NCBI GenBank assembly: GCA_963796055.1
Contig: CAWCKH010000004.1
Span: forward strand, 416,001-480,000
Source: an uncultured delta proteobacterium
Lineage (GTDB): Bacteria; Myxococcota; Myxococcia; Myxococcales; Myxococcaceae
Direction of reading: 5' to 3'
DNA: 64,000 bases
Position 1 is the first letter of the stretch. Each line of letters starts with the position of its first letter. The notes under the pieces were generated by a model. It saw only the letters and a list, made by a program, of their open reading frames with translations. It had not been told where the DNA came from and made no database searches. Below are positions 54,884-63,787 of the stretch, piece after piece. The position numbers were made by a program, and so were the translations under genes.

Positions 54884-55542
54884 CAGCGTGGGCCGGAGCG
54901 CTTTCGCCAGGCCTCGTTGAACTCGGCGATGGTCTCGACGGTGCGCGGGTTCCACACCATCTTGCGCAGGATGTCCGGGGGCACGGTGACCACGTGGGCG
55001 CCCGCGTCGAGGGCCTCGTTCACGTCCATCAGGTGGCGGATGGAGCCGACGATGATCCGCGACCCCAGTCCCTCGCGGTCGAGGGTCCTGCGGGTGGCCT
55101 CGATCACCGGGCGCGCGTCGTAGCCCATGTCCCGGATGCGCCCCGAGAACAGGCTGACGTAGGTGGCCCCCGAGAGGGCCGCCAGGTAGGCCTGGTTGAA
55201 GGCCATCAGGCAGGTGACGTTGGTCTTCACCTCGCGCCGCCGCAGCCCGTGGAGGACCCGCAGCCCCACCTCCGAGAACGGCACCTTGACGGTGATCCGC
55301 TGCGGATCCCAGGCGTGATAGCCGACCGCCTCGGCCATCATCTCCTCCTCGGACTCGGTGGTGAGCTCGACCGAGACGTCGCCGGTCGACGCCGAGAGCA
55401 CCTCGCGGATCACCTCTGCGAGGTCGGCCCCCGGTGACTCACGGGAGATGATCAGGGGATTGGTGGTCACCCCGGAGAACGAGCCCCAGGAGAAGAGCGC
55501 CTTGATTTCCTTCGGATCGGAGCTGTCTACGAACAGGGCCAC
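54883..55542 (-). CDS. tal: transaldolase (short TalC/FSA type)
   Basis: FVDS, GVTTNP, VKVP Schiff-base Lys, NVT, YVSLFSGRI, GSIR, VTVPP. Confidence 0.88.
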   Translation of the reverse strand: MALFVDSSDPKEIKALFSWGSFSGVTTNPLIISRESPGADLAEVIREVLSASTGDVSVELTTESEEEMMAEAVGYHAWDPQRITVKVPFSEVGLRVLHGLRRREVKTNVTCLMAFNQAYLAALSGATYVSLFSGRIRDMGYDARPVIEATRRTLDREGLGSRIIVGSIRHLMDVNEALDAGAHVVTVPPDILRKMVWNPRTVETIAEFNEAWRKRSGPR

Positions 55543-55554
55543 GGTCTCCTCCTA

Positions 55555-56164
55555 CTACATCCGCCCGGCGATCGCCGTGGCGATCTCCAGCAGCGTCGGC
55601 CCATGCACGTCGGCACCGAGGTCGGGGCGCTCGCGCAGGGGGCAGAGCTCGCAGCGCGACGTCGGCACGAGCAGCGCCGTGCGCAGCCCCGCGGCCCGCC
55701 CCGCCTCGACGTCGGCAGGCGAATCCCCAATGGCCCAGGAGCGGGCCGCGTCGCCCCGCAGACGCGCGAGCAGAGACCGGAGCATCCCCGGCCGCGGCTT
55801 CCGGCAATCGCAGGTCCGCACCAGAGCTCGGATCACCCCCCGGGCCGCCCTGCGGGTGGTGCTCGCACACCTCCACGGCGGCGATGGACACGCCCTGCGC
55901 GTCGAGCAGCGCGAGGAGGGCAGCGTTGGTGCGGGCCACCGCGGCGCGGGAGATCTGCCCCTTGGCCGGACCCGGCTGGTTGGTGGCCATGGCCAGCACG
56001 AAGCCCGCGCCGGCGAGCGCCCGCAGTCCCTCCACCGCGCCGGGGAGGAGGCGCAGCTGGGCGGGGTGGAACGCGGTCACGATTGTGCCCGTCTCCTCGT
56101 CACGCACCAGGTCGATGAGCGTGCCGTCGCGGTCGAGGATGGCCAGCGGCAAAAGCCCGCTCAC
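55555..56164 (-). CDS. gmhB: heptose 1,7-bisphosphate phosphatase, apparent frameshift at about 55825-55841
   Basis: LDRDGTL, TNQ, CEHHP in one frame; CDCRKPRPGM and IGDS..DVEAG in the adjacent frame. Confidence 0.85.
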
Positions 56165-56757
56165 CGGAGGCTCTCCCACTTGGTCGGCGTGCGCTGCAGC
56201 TCGGGGTGACTCACCAGCAGGTGCCACACCACCGCGCACATCCCCTCGGTGTGCGGGGTGACCCGCTCGGCGGCCACGGTGGGGATGAGCACGCAGGCCT
56301 CCGCCAGCGCGCGGGTGCTGCCTCCGTCCCGCCCGACGATGCCGAAGATGTGGGCGCCCACCTCGCGCGCGTGCTCCAGGGCGCGAACCAGGGCCACGCT
56401 CACGTTCCGCTCGCGGCTCCCACCGCCCACCGAGAACACCAGCACCCCGTCGCCCTGGCGCAGGCGCGAACCGCGCAGCCACTCGACGAAGCAGGAGTCC
56501 CAGCCGTCGTCGTTGATGCGCGCGGTGAGCTCGCTCACGTTGTCGGTCGGGGCGTAGGCCTCGAATCCGCAGAGCTTCCGGAAGTCGTTGACCGCGTGGC
56601 TGGCGTGGCCGGCGCTCCCCCCCACGCCGAGCACGAAGAGGCGCCCGCCGTCGGCACGGACGCGGGACAGGCCGGTGGCCACTGCCTCGATGGCGGCAGG
56701 GTCGAGCCTGGCGAGGATCTCGGCGCTCTCGGCGAGGTAACTGGCAGTGAAGCTCAC
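56161..56757 (-). CDS. gmhA: phosphoheptose isomerase (SIS domain)
   Basis: GVGGSAGHASH, TARINDDG, FSVGGG, GRDGG. Confidence 0.85.
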   Translation of the reverse strand: MSFTASYLAESAEILARLDPAAIEAVATGLSRVRADGGRLFVLGVGGSAGHASHAVNDFRKLCGFEAYAPTDNVSELTARINDDGWDSCFVEWLRGSRLRQGDGVLVFSVGGGSRERNVSVALVRALEHAREVGAHIFGIVGRDGGSTRALAEACVLIPTVAAERVTPHTEGMCAVVWHLLVSHPELQRTPTKWESLR

Positions 56758-56766
56758 GGGAGGTCC

Positions 56767-57762
56767 CTAGGAACGGTGGAAGTTGGCCATGATGCGGGCG
56801 CCGTCGAAGTCGAAGCGGAAGCGCATCGGGCGCAGCCCGCGGGCGGTGAGCGCCTCGTGGACCCGGCGGCGCTCCGCGGGGCGGACGTAGAACATGAAGA
56901 AGCCCCCGCCCCCGGCGCCCATCAGCTTGCCGCCGATGGCGCCCGCCTTGCGGGCGGCCTGGTAGTGCTCGTCGATCACTCCGTCGGTCATCGCCTCGGT
57001 CAGGCGGCGCTTCTGCGTCCAGTGCTCATGCAGCATCTCGCCGTAGGAGTCGAGCTCGCCGGCGAGGAGGATGCGCCGGGTCTCGTGGCCCAGCGCCTTG
57101 ATCCGATGCATGCGCTCGATGGCGGCGTCGCGGTTCTCGACGATGGCGCTGGCCTGCTGCGCCAGCACCGACGAGGCGGCCCGCTCCACCCCGGAGTAGA
57201 AGATGACCAGCTTGGTCTCCAGCTCGTCGATCACCTCGTCGCGGAGATCGAGCCGCTCCACCTCGACGCGGCCGTCGGGGTGGAAGGTCATCGCGCTGAT
57301 GCCGCCGTACGCGGCGATGTACTGGTCCTGCTTGCCGATGGGCTCCCCGAGGACGTCGATCTCGAGATGGCAGGCCTCCCGCGCCAGCTGCTCGGCCGGC
57401 ACCGACTCGCGCCGGAAGGCATGGAGGCCGTTGAGGAGCGCCACGGTGAAGCTCGAGGAGCTGCCCAGGCCGGTGTTGGCCGGTACGTCGGCCAGACTGT
57501 GGAGCTCGAGGCCGCCGGTGAAGCCCATCCCCTCGAGCGCGGCGCGGAAGATCCGGTGGCGGATCTTGTCCACCGAGTCCACGGTCTCGGTCTCCGAGTA
57601 AGCCAGGCGGATGGTGTCGTAGAAGCGCCGGGCGACGCAGACGAACACGAACTTGTCCACGGCGGCGGAGACGACGAAGCCGCCGTGCTCGCGGGAATAG
57701 GAGGGGAGGTCGCTGCCTCCGCCCCCCAGCGAGAAGCGGACCGGCGCGCGGGAGACGATCAT
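56767..57762 (-). CDS. hddA: GHMP kinase, D-glycero-alpha-D-manno-heptose-7-phosphate kinase-like
   Basis: SRAPVRFSLGGGGSD, GLGSSS, IGKQDQY, GGKLMGAGGGGF. Confidence 0.88.
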   Translation of the reverse strand: MIVSRAPVRFSLGGGGSDLPSYSREHGGFVVSAAVDKFVFVCVARRFYDTIRLAYSETETVDSVDKIRHRIFRAALEGMGFTGGLELHSLADVPANTGLGSSSSFTVALLNGLHAFRRESVPAEQLAREACHLEIDVLGEPIGKQDQYIAAYGGISAMTFHPDGRVEVERLDLRDEVIDELETKLVIFYSGVERAASSVLAQQASAIVENRDAAIERMHRIKALGHETRRILLAGELDSYGEMLHEHWTQKRRLTEAMTDGVIDEHYQAARKAGAIGGKLMGAGGGGFFMFYVRPAERRRVHEALTARGLRPMRFRFDFDGARIMANFHRS

Positions 57763-58460
57763 CGGGAGCTTCGCAAGTGGTGGTCGAGGTCGGCCCAGCC
57801 GGCCGGGGAGCCGATCTGGAAAAACCTCTCACGGACCACGAGGGCGCGCAAGCGCCCCCGCCCCGCCAGATCTTCTTGTAGCCGGTCGAGGCCGAGCGGC
57901 ACGCCCGGGGGCAGCACCTCGACCACCTCGCGCCGCAGGGCGGTGGCGCCATAGTCGATGTGATCGAACTCCGGGCCAGCGGGGTGCTTCCGGTAGCGGA
58001 GCACCCACGCCCCGTCGGTCACCACGTTGGAAGGCTCGAAGCGCCCGGCGTTCCGGTAGACCGCCATCACCCCCTCGCAATCGGCGTGACCCTCCAGGAG
58101 CCGGAGCGGCTCTCCGTAGTCGAAGGGCAGATAGCTGTCGCCGTAGGTCACCAGGAATCGGGGCGAGAGCAGCGGCAACGCCGCCCGCAGCGCGCCCGCG
58201 GTCCCGAGCAGCCGGCCGGGCTCCTCCACCGCGTAGCGCACCGAGAGGCCGTGTCGCGCGCCATCGCCTACGTGGTCGCGGATGGCCTGGCCGAGGTGGG
58301 CGATGCACAGGACCACCTCGCCGATGCCCGAGCCCGCGAGCAGCTCCAGCTGCCAGTCGATGAAGGGGCGGCCGCCGACCTCGAGCATCGACTTGGGGAC
58401 CCGCTCGGTGTGTGGATGCATCCGCGTGGCCAGGCCGCCGGCGAGCACCACCGCTTGCAT
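57759..58460 (-). CDS. hddC: sugar-1-phosphate nucleotidyltransferase, heptose-1-P guanylyltransferase-like
   Basis: LAGGLATRM, PKSM, LGTAGAL, YGDSYL; short protein without a hexapeptide domain. Confidence 0.8.
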   Translation of the reverse strand: MQAVVLAGGLATRMHPHTERVPKSMLEVGGRPFIDWQLELLAGSGIGEVVLCIAHLGQAIRDHVGDGARHGLSVRYAVEEPGRLLGTAGALRAALPLLSPRFLVTYGDSYLPFDYGEPLRLLEGHADCEGVMAVYRNAGRFEPSNVVTDGAWVLRYRKHPAGPEFDHIDYGATALRREVVEVLPPGVPLGLDRLQEDLAGRGRLRALVVRERFFQIGSPAGWADLDHHLRSSR

Positions 58461-58474
58461 CGGGGACCCGTTGC

Positions 58475-60031
58475 TCACTGCACCCGCCGGATGACCCAGG
58501 GATGTTTCCACGGATTGGCGCCGTGGGGCTCGAAGGCCTCGTGGACCTCCTGCCCCGGGAACCGGGCCGCCACCTCCGCGGCCGACACCCTCGCCGGCAC
58601 CGAGAGCAGCAGCGGCGAACGGTCGAAGAACATGCCGTTCCGGGCATAGCGCGTGGGCCACTCGGCGCGGAGGATCACCACTCCGGAGCGGACGCCCTGC
58701 CGGGCCAGCTCCTCGGACAGGCCGGTATGCACCTTCACCTCGGGGATGCGCCGCTCGAGGTACGAGGCGATCAGGAACAGCGGCGCGATCCAGATGCCCA
58801 CCCCCACCACCCAGCCCATGCGCCGTCCGAGCTGCCGCCTGACGAAGGCGGCGGCGGTGCTCCAGCCGGCGGCGGCCAGGAAGGCCAGCGGCAGCAGCAG
58901 CATCGAGAGATAGCGGGGGCGGGGGCTGTCGTCGGGCTCGTTGAAGGTCAGCAGGACGGCGGCCACGAACAGGGCGATGAGCACCCCGAAGAAGCGCTGC
59001 AGCGGCGCCGTTCGCCCCTCGCCGGCCGCCTGCTCCCGCCGGAGCGCCACCCACCCCAGGCAGGCCAGGAGCGCCGCGCCGGGGACCGTCCACTGGAAGA
59101 AGAACGTCTCCAGCTCGGCCAGGTGGTGGAAGATCTGGAGGGGCTCGACCACGTGCAGCGGGTGGATGTTGCTGACCGAGCCGCTCTCTCCGTAGATGGC
59201 CACGAAGCCCGGGATGTCGGCCTTGTACCCGTCGGTGAAGGGCGAGCCGAACTGAAGCTTGTTGTACCAGAGGTCGAGCGCGACGAAGGGCAAGGAGCTT
59301 CCGCCGGCGATCAGCAGTGGCCGGAGGCTGCCGAAGGCGATCAGCGACAGCCCCAGGAGCGCGCCATCCACCGGCCGGATGAGGAACACACACCCGACGC
59401 ACAGTCCGAACAACACCAGATATCCGTCGCGCCGCGACCGCGCCCACAGGGCCACCGCCAGCGTCGCCAGCGCGCCGAAGAGCAAGGTGGGGGTGTGGGA
59501 GAGGAAGGTCGCTGCCTGGTAGGCGAAGAGCGGCGCCGCCGCCAGGAACGCCACCGCCAGGAAGGCGCGCCGGGCGTCGAGCACCGCCCGGGTGGCGAAC
59601 CAGAACGCCACCAGGGCCAGCACGCCCTCGAGCGGCGTCACCAGCCAGGGGACTCCGGCCCGCACGCCGAGGGAGAGGAGCGTGGCCGTGCCCGGCGGGT
59701 ACTTGCTGCGGACGTAGGCGTCGATGACCACGTGGTCCACGGCGGCCCAGTCGGCGTAGGGCGGCGCCCGGGCCTTGAGCGCGCCGCGCGCGAACCCCTC
59801 GGCCTGGAGCAGCATCGAGTACTCGTCGCCGGCGTAGGGGTAGCCCTGCAGGGCGACCCGCGCCAGCAGCGCGTAGAAGACGCCGGCGACGACGATGAGC
59901 AGCGCCGCGCGCCGCCCGTAGCGGGGAACGCCCTTTCGAGGCTCGATCGGATCGCGCCTCTCCGCTCGCACCTCGGGTTCGGCGGGAGCGAGCTCGGTGG
60001 CAGACGAATCCGTACCGGACGTTGGGTTCAC
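58475..60031 (-). CDS. GT-C-type polytopic membrane glycosyltransferase (PMT/ArnT-like)
   Basis: First TM followed by GDEYS (DE motif), SKYPPG, about 11 TM; 14 nt upstream of hddC. Confidence 0.7.
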   Translation of the reverse strand: MNPTSGTDSSATELAPAEPEVRAERRDPIEPRKGVPRYGRRAALLIVVAGVFYALLARVALQGYPYAGDEYSMLLQAEGFARGALKARAPPYADWAAVDHVVIDAYVRSKYPPGTATLLSLGVRAGVPWLVTPLEGVLALVAFWFATRAVLDARRAFLAVAFLAAAPLFAYQAATFLSHTPTLLFGALATLAVALWARSRRDGYLVLFGLCVGCVFLIRPVDGALLGLSLIAFGSLRPLLIAGGSSLPFVALDLWYNKLQFGSPFTDGYKADIPGFVAIYGESGSVSNIHPLHVVEPLQIFHHLAELETFFFQWTVPGAALLACLGWVALRREQAAGEGRTAPLQRFFGVLIALFVAAVLLTFNEPDDSPRPRYLSMLLLPLAFLAAAGWSTAAAFVRRQLGRRMGWVVGVGIWIAPLFLIASYLERRIPEVKVHTGLSEELARQGVRSGVVILRAEWPTRYARNGMFFDRSPLLLSVPARVSAAEVAARFPGQEVHEAFEPHGANPWKHPWVIRRVQ

Positions 60032-60175
60032 GGATTTCTTTTGACCCCGCTCGCGGGCCACGGTCAACGCCGTCTCGACGAAACCAGGGGGCTTGCGCTC
60101 CCGCTCTCCCTGCGGGTACTCCACCGACCGCGCTCGTGCGGAGGCCGCGCCCGATGGTGTCTCGACGATGAGCCG

Positions 60176-61711
60176 ATGAGCCTGCCCTCTCCGGAGCGCC
60201 CGCGCGGGCCGAGCGCCCCTGCCGCCGAGGACGGCGGCGCCGCCCGGCCATTCACCCCGGCGGCGAAGCGGCTGTGGCCGTGGGTCGGCTGGCTCCTGCT
60301 CTCCTTCGGGCTGTGGAACAGCTGCGCTTCCCACGCGGACGCCCGCCGGAGCGATGCGCAGCTCGCCCGGGGCGACCATCGACTCACCCCGGCCTTCGCG
60401 CTGGCCGCTCTGCGCGGCGCGGGCACCGACGATGGCGACATCAGCCGCTACCTGGCGTACGCCAACGCCACCCTGGGGCGGCCCTACCAGCCCTTCTACC
60501 TGCGGCCGCTCGAGGGCTGGACCGGGCCCCAGCCCGACAAGGCCGCCGGCCCCGATCCCGACGATCCGCGCCAGACGCCGCCTCGGCGTCCCGACCGACC
60601 GCTCGTGCCCTATCGGGACTTCTCGGTCGAGTACCCGCCGGGCCTCTTCCTCCTGGTGCTGCCGCCGGCGCTGCTGGGTCTCGACCTCGACGGCTACCGC
60701 CTGGTGTTCTCGTGCTGGATGGCGCTGCTCCTGACGGTGGCGCTGCTGGCTGCCATCCGCATCGGACGGGTGCTGCGGCCGCTGGCGGCTCCGTCGCCGG
60801 TGGCGGTGGCGACGCTCCTGGGGCTGGCGCTGGGGACCGTCGCCGTGCGGCGGTTCGACGCCATCGTCTCCCTCTCGCTGTGCCTGCTCCTCGACGGCTG
60901 CCTGCGGCGCAAGCCGGTGCTCTCCGGGCTCGCGCTCGGGGTGGGGCTGGTCGCCAAGGTCGTGCCCGTCCTCGTGCTCCCGGTGGCGCTCGTCCACTGG
61001 GGTGCCCAGCGGCGCTGGCGGGAGCTGGCGGTGGCAGCGGGGGTGACCGGCGCCGTCGTCCTGGGGGTGGGAGCACCGTTCCTCCTGGCGGCCGGCAGCC
61101 ACCTCCTGGATCTGTTGCGCTATCACGCCGGGCGGCCGCTGGAGGTGGAGAGCACCGGTGCGGCGCTGCTCACCATCGGGCGCTTCTTCGATCCAGCCTC
61201 GGCATGGCGGGTGGAAGCCTTCGGCTTCGACAACGTGGTGGGCCCGGCGGATCGCTTCCTGCTGCCGCTGGCGGACGTCGCGCCGCTCGTGGCCACGGCA
61301 GGCATCGCCGCCTGGAGCCTGGTGCAGACGCGGGCGGCGCTGCGGGGAGCGGACGGGGAGCGGGTCTCCGGCGAGATCCTGGTGCGCGCCGCGTGCGCGA
61401 CCCTGGCGGCGACCATGACCCTGGGGAAGGTGTTCAGCGCGCAATACCTGACCTGGCTGCTACCGGCGGGCGCGCTGGTGTCGGTCCTCGACGCCGGCAG
61501 CCGGCGGCGGACGGCCATCTACTTGCTGGCGGCGGCCATGCTGCTGACCCAGCTCAACCAGCACGTCTTCTACGGGCTCCTGGGGCGCGGGCCAGAGCCG
61601 TTGCTGGGGGTGCTTGTCCTGGCAAGGAACGCGCTGGTGATGGCCTGGGCGGTGTGGATCCTCGTGCCACGACCGGGCTCGCGTTCCTCCGCCGGGAGCT
61701 CGACCCCCTAG
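60176..61711 (+). CDS. GT87/DUF2029-like membrane glycosyltransferase
   Basis: DISRYLAYA, VEYPPG, RRFD, AKVVP, RPLEVES, KVFSAQYLTWLLP. Confidence 0.8.
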   Translation: MSLPSPERPRGPSAPAAEDGGAARPFTPAAKRLWPWVGWLLLSFGLWNSCASHADARRSDAQLARGDHRLTPAFALAALRGAGTDDGDISRYLAYANATLGRPYQPFYLRPLEGWTGPQPDKAAGPDPDDPRQTPPRRPDRPLVPYRDFSVEYPPGLFLLVLPPALLGLDLDGYRLVFSCWMALLLTVALLAAIRIGRVLRPLAAPSPVAVATLLGLALGTVAVRRFDAIVSLSLCLLLDGCLRRKPVLSGLALGVGLVAKVVPVLVLPVALVHWGAQRRWRELAVAAGVTGAVVLGVGAPFLLAAGSHLLDLLRYHAGRPLEVESTGAALLTIGRFFDPASAWRVEAFGFDNVVGPADRFLLPLADVAPLVATAGIAAWSLVQTRAALRGADGERVSGEILVRAACATLAATMTLGKVFSAQYLTWLLPAGALVSVLDAGSRRRTAIYLLAAAMLLTQLNQHVFYGLLGRGPEPLLGVLVLARNALVMAWAVWILVPRPGSRSSAGSSTP

Positions 61712-62130
61712 CTGACTGCGGCCGCCCGGACCTCACCGACTGCAGCCCCGTCGACACCCTGACCCGGACCTCGACTGCGGCCGCGGCCTGACCAAGCTGA
61801 CTGCGGCCGCCCGGACCTCACCGACTGCAGCCCCGTCGACACCCTGACCCGGATCTCGACTGCGGCCGCGCCCTGACCAAGCTGACTGCGGCGGCCCGGA
61901 CCTCACCGACTGCAGCCCCGTCGACACCCTGACCCGGATCTCGACTGCGGCCGCCGCCTGACCAAGCTGACTGCGGCCGCCCGGACCTCACCGACTGCAG
62001 CCCCGTCGACACCCTGACCCGGACCTCGACTGCGGCCGCCCTGACCAAGCTGACTGCGGCCGCCCGGACCTCACCGACTGCAGCCCCGTCGACACCCTGA
62101 CCCGGATCTCGACTGCGGCCGCCCTGACCT
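61710..62130. repeat. tandem array, 5 copies of an 83-85 bp unit
   Basis: Units start at 61710, 61795, 61880, 61965, 62048 (85, 85, 85, 83, 83 bp); consensus AGCTGACTGCGGCCGCCCGGACCTCACCGACTGCAGCCCCGTCGACACCCTGACCCGGAYCTCGACTGCGGCCGC(SS)CCTGACCA. Confidence 0.98.
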
Positions 62131-63787
62131 AGCGGTCTCTCCGCCTGAGCTGCTCCACGGCATGATCGCAGGCGCGAACGGTGACCGCCATCTCGGTGAG
62201 GGTCGGGTTCTGCCATCCGGACGTCGGCCAGCACGCCCCGTCGGTGACGAACAGGTTCTGCACGTCCCAGCTGCGACAGCTCGGGTCGACGACCGAGCTG
62301 CGCGGGTCGGTGCCCATCCGGGCGCCGCCCACCTCGTGGACGAACATCCCCGGCGTGGAGAGAGTCCATTCCTTCTGCATCTTCCGGATGTGGCCAGTGA
62401 CGAAGGGGGTGTGGAACAGCTCGGTCACCTCGGCGCACCGTCCCCCGCCCGCCTCGACGATCTCCCGCGCCGCGGCCCGGGCTGCGCGCGCGAGGACCAG
62501 GTCCTCGTCCTTCCACTCGCAGACGATGTGCGCCGCGGGGATGCCCCAGGCGTCCTTCAAGATGGGATCGATCTCGATCCGGTTGTCGCGGTGGGGCAGC
62601 GTCTCGGAGCGCGCGCAGAGGAACCCGAAGGCCGCCTCCTTGTGCCTCCGGAGGAAGCTCGGCACCGGCAGCCGCTGGATGCCGCCCCACAGACCGAAGC
62701 CGCGGAGATAGGGCTCCCGCCTCGCTCCGAGGTTCTGGTACCGGGGAATCATGATGCTGTCGCTGCCCAGCAGCTCGAACGGGCCGCCGGTGTCCGGCAC
62801 GCCGGGCAGGTAGAAGTAGACGTTGCCCGCGCTGTGGTCCATCACGTGGCGCCCGAGCACCCCGGAGGCGGCACCGATGCCCGCGGGGTGGGCGTTGCTC
62901 CGCGAGTTCATGAGAATCCGCACGCTCTCCAGGGACGACGCGCAGAGGAAGACCAGCTTGCCCTGCGCCTCCTCGGTGCGGCCGGTCTCGAGGTCCACGA
63001 ACTCCACCCCGGTGGCGCGCGTGCCGTCCGGGGTCACCAGGACGTGGGCGACGACCGCGCCACTTCGCAGGGTCAGCCGGCCGGTCTCCTCCGCGGCCCG
63101 GAGCGTCGTCGCCGGGCTCGAGATGCGCGAGAGCGCCTCGCCCTTCTCCGGCGGCCGCCGGGCGAACAGCCCCCGGGAGATGATGACCCGCCGCTCGGGA
63201 AACACCCGCTCCACCCGCTCCTTGAACAGGCGCTCCGCCGGGGTCATCGGTCGTGGCTCGAGGAACTCCCCGTCGGGCAGCTGGGGGAGCCCCTCGCGCG
63301 AGCCGTGCACCCCGAGCAGCCGCTCCAGCTCGGAGTAGTGCGGCGCGAGGTCGGCGTGGGAGATGGGCCAGTCGGGGCCGAATCCGTCACGGCTCGCCGC
63401 CTTGAAGTCGAAGTCCGAGAAGCGGGGCGTCACCGCGTCCCACACCAGGGTGCGGCCGCCCACGCGGCGCGAGCGGATCCACCGGAACGGCTTGTCCGGT
63501 GGGGTGGAGTACGGGTTCTCCACGTCGTCCACGAAGAAGTCGGGGTTGGTGGCCCAGTAGGTGGGGTGGCTCTTCTGCACCTCCTGCCGGTGCGAGACGA
63601 GATGCCGGTAGAGCTGCTTCACCCCATTGGTGAGGAACGAGCCGTGGTCGCTCCGGCGCGTGACCGGCGTCCCGGCCTCCAGCACCAGGACGCGCAGCCC
63701 CGCCCGGGTGAGTTTCCATGCTGCTGCGCCACCGGTGGCGCCCGAGCCGACCACGATGGCGTCCCATTCCTCCACGGACCCGTTCAT
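62129..63787 (-). CDS. GMC family oxidoreductase (gluconate/glycoside dehydrogenase flavoprotein-like)
   Basis: GSGATGG, VLEAG, GGRTLVW, DWPI, HEVGGARMG, NLFVTDG, QNPTLT. Confidence 0.93.
   Translation of the reverse strand: MNGSVEEWDAIVVGSGATGGAAAWKLTRAGLRVLVLEAGTPVTRRSDHGSFLTNGVKQLYRHLVSHRQEVQKSHPTYWATNPDFFVDDVENPYSTPPDKPFRWIRSRRVGGRTLVWDAVTPRFSDFDFKAASRDGFGPDWPISHADLAPHYSELERLLGVHGSREGLPQLPDGEFLEPRPMTPAERLFKERVERVFPERRVIISRGLFARRPPEKGEALSRISSPATTLRAAEETGRLTLRSGAVVAHVLVTPDGTRATGVEFVDLETGRTEEAQGKLVFLCASSLESVRILMNSRSNAHPAGIGAASGVLGRHVMDHSAGNVYFYLPGVPDTGGPFELLGSDSIMIPRYQNLGARREPYLRGFGLWGGIQRLPVPSFLRRHKEAAFGFLCARSETLPHRDNRIEIDPILKDAWGIPAAHIVCEWKDEDLVLARAARAAAREIVEAGGGRCAEVTELFHTPFVTGHIRKMQKEWTLSTPGMFVHEVGGARMGTDPRSSVVDPSCRSWDVQNLFVTDGACWPTSGWQNPTLTEMAVTVRACDHAVEQLRRRDR

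Noticed and set aside
52254..58460. ADP-heptose/LPS inner-core locus
   Set aside because: The kinase is GHMP-type (HddA) and the transferase is NTP_transferase-type (HddC), not HldE, and no WaaC/WaaF-like genes are present.
58412..61444. Long overlapping 1099-aa (+) and 989-aa (-) ORFs as a sense-antisense gene pair
   Set aside because: Each is a real GT gene extended by a stop-free antisense frame of its divergent neighbour, which is typical of high-GC DNA.
61710..62130. CRISPR array
   Set aside because: Units are near-identical along their whole length with no unique spacers, and no cas genes are in the window.
61710..62130. Synthetic polylinker (NotI, PstI and SalI sites in the units) or a repeat-protein gene
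   Set aside because: These GC-rich palindromes are common in such DNA, the units vary naturally and join flanking genes seamlessly, and there is no vector sequence. The 85/83-bp period breaks any reading frame.
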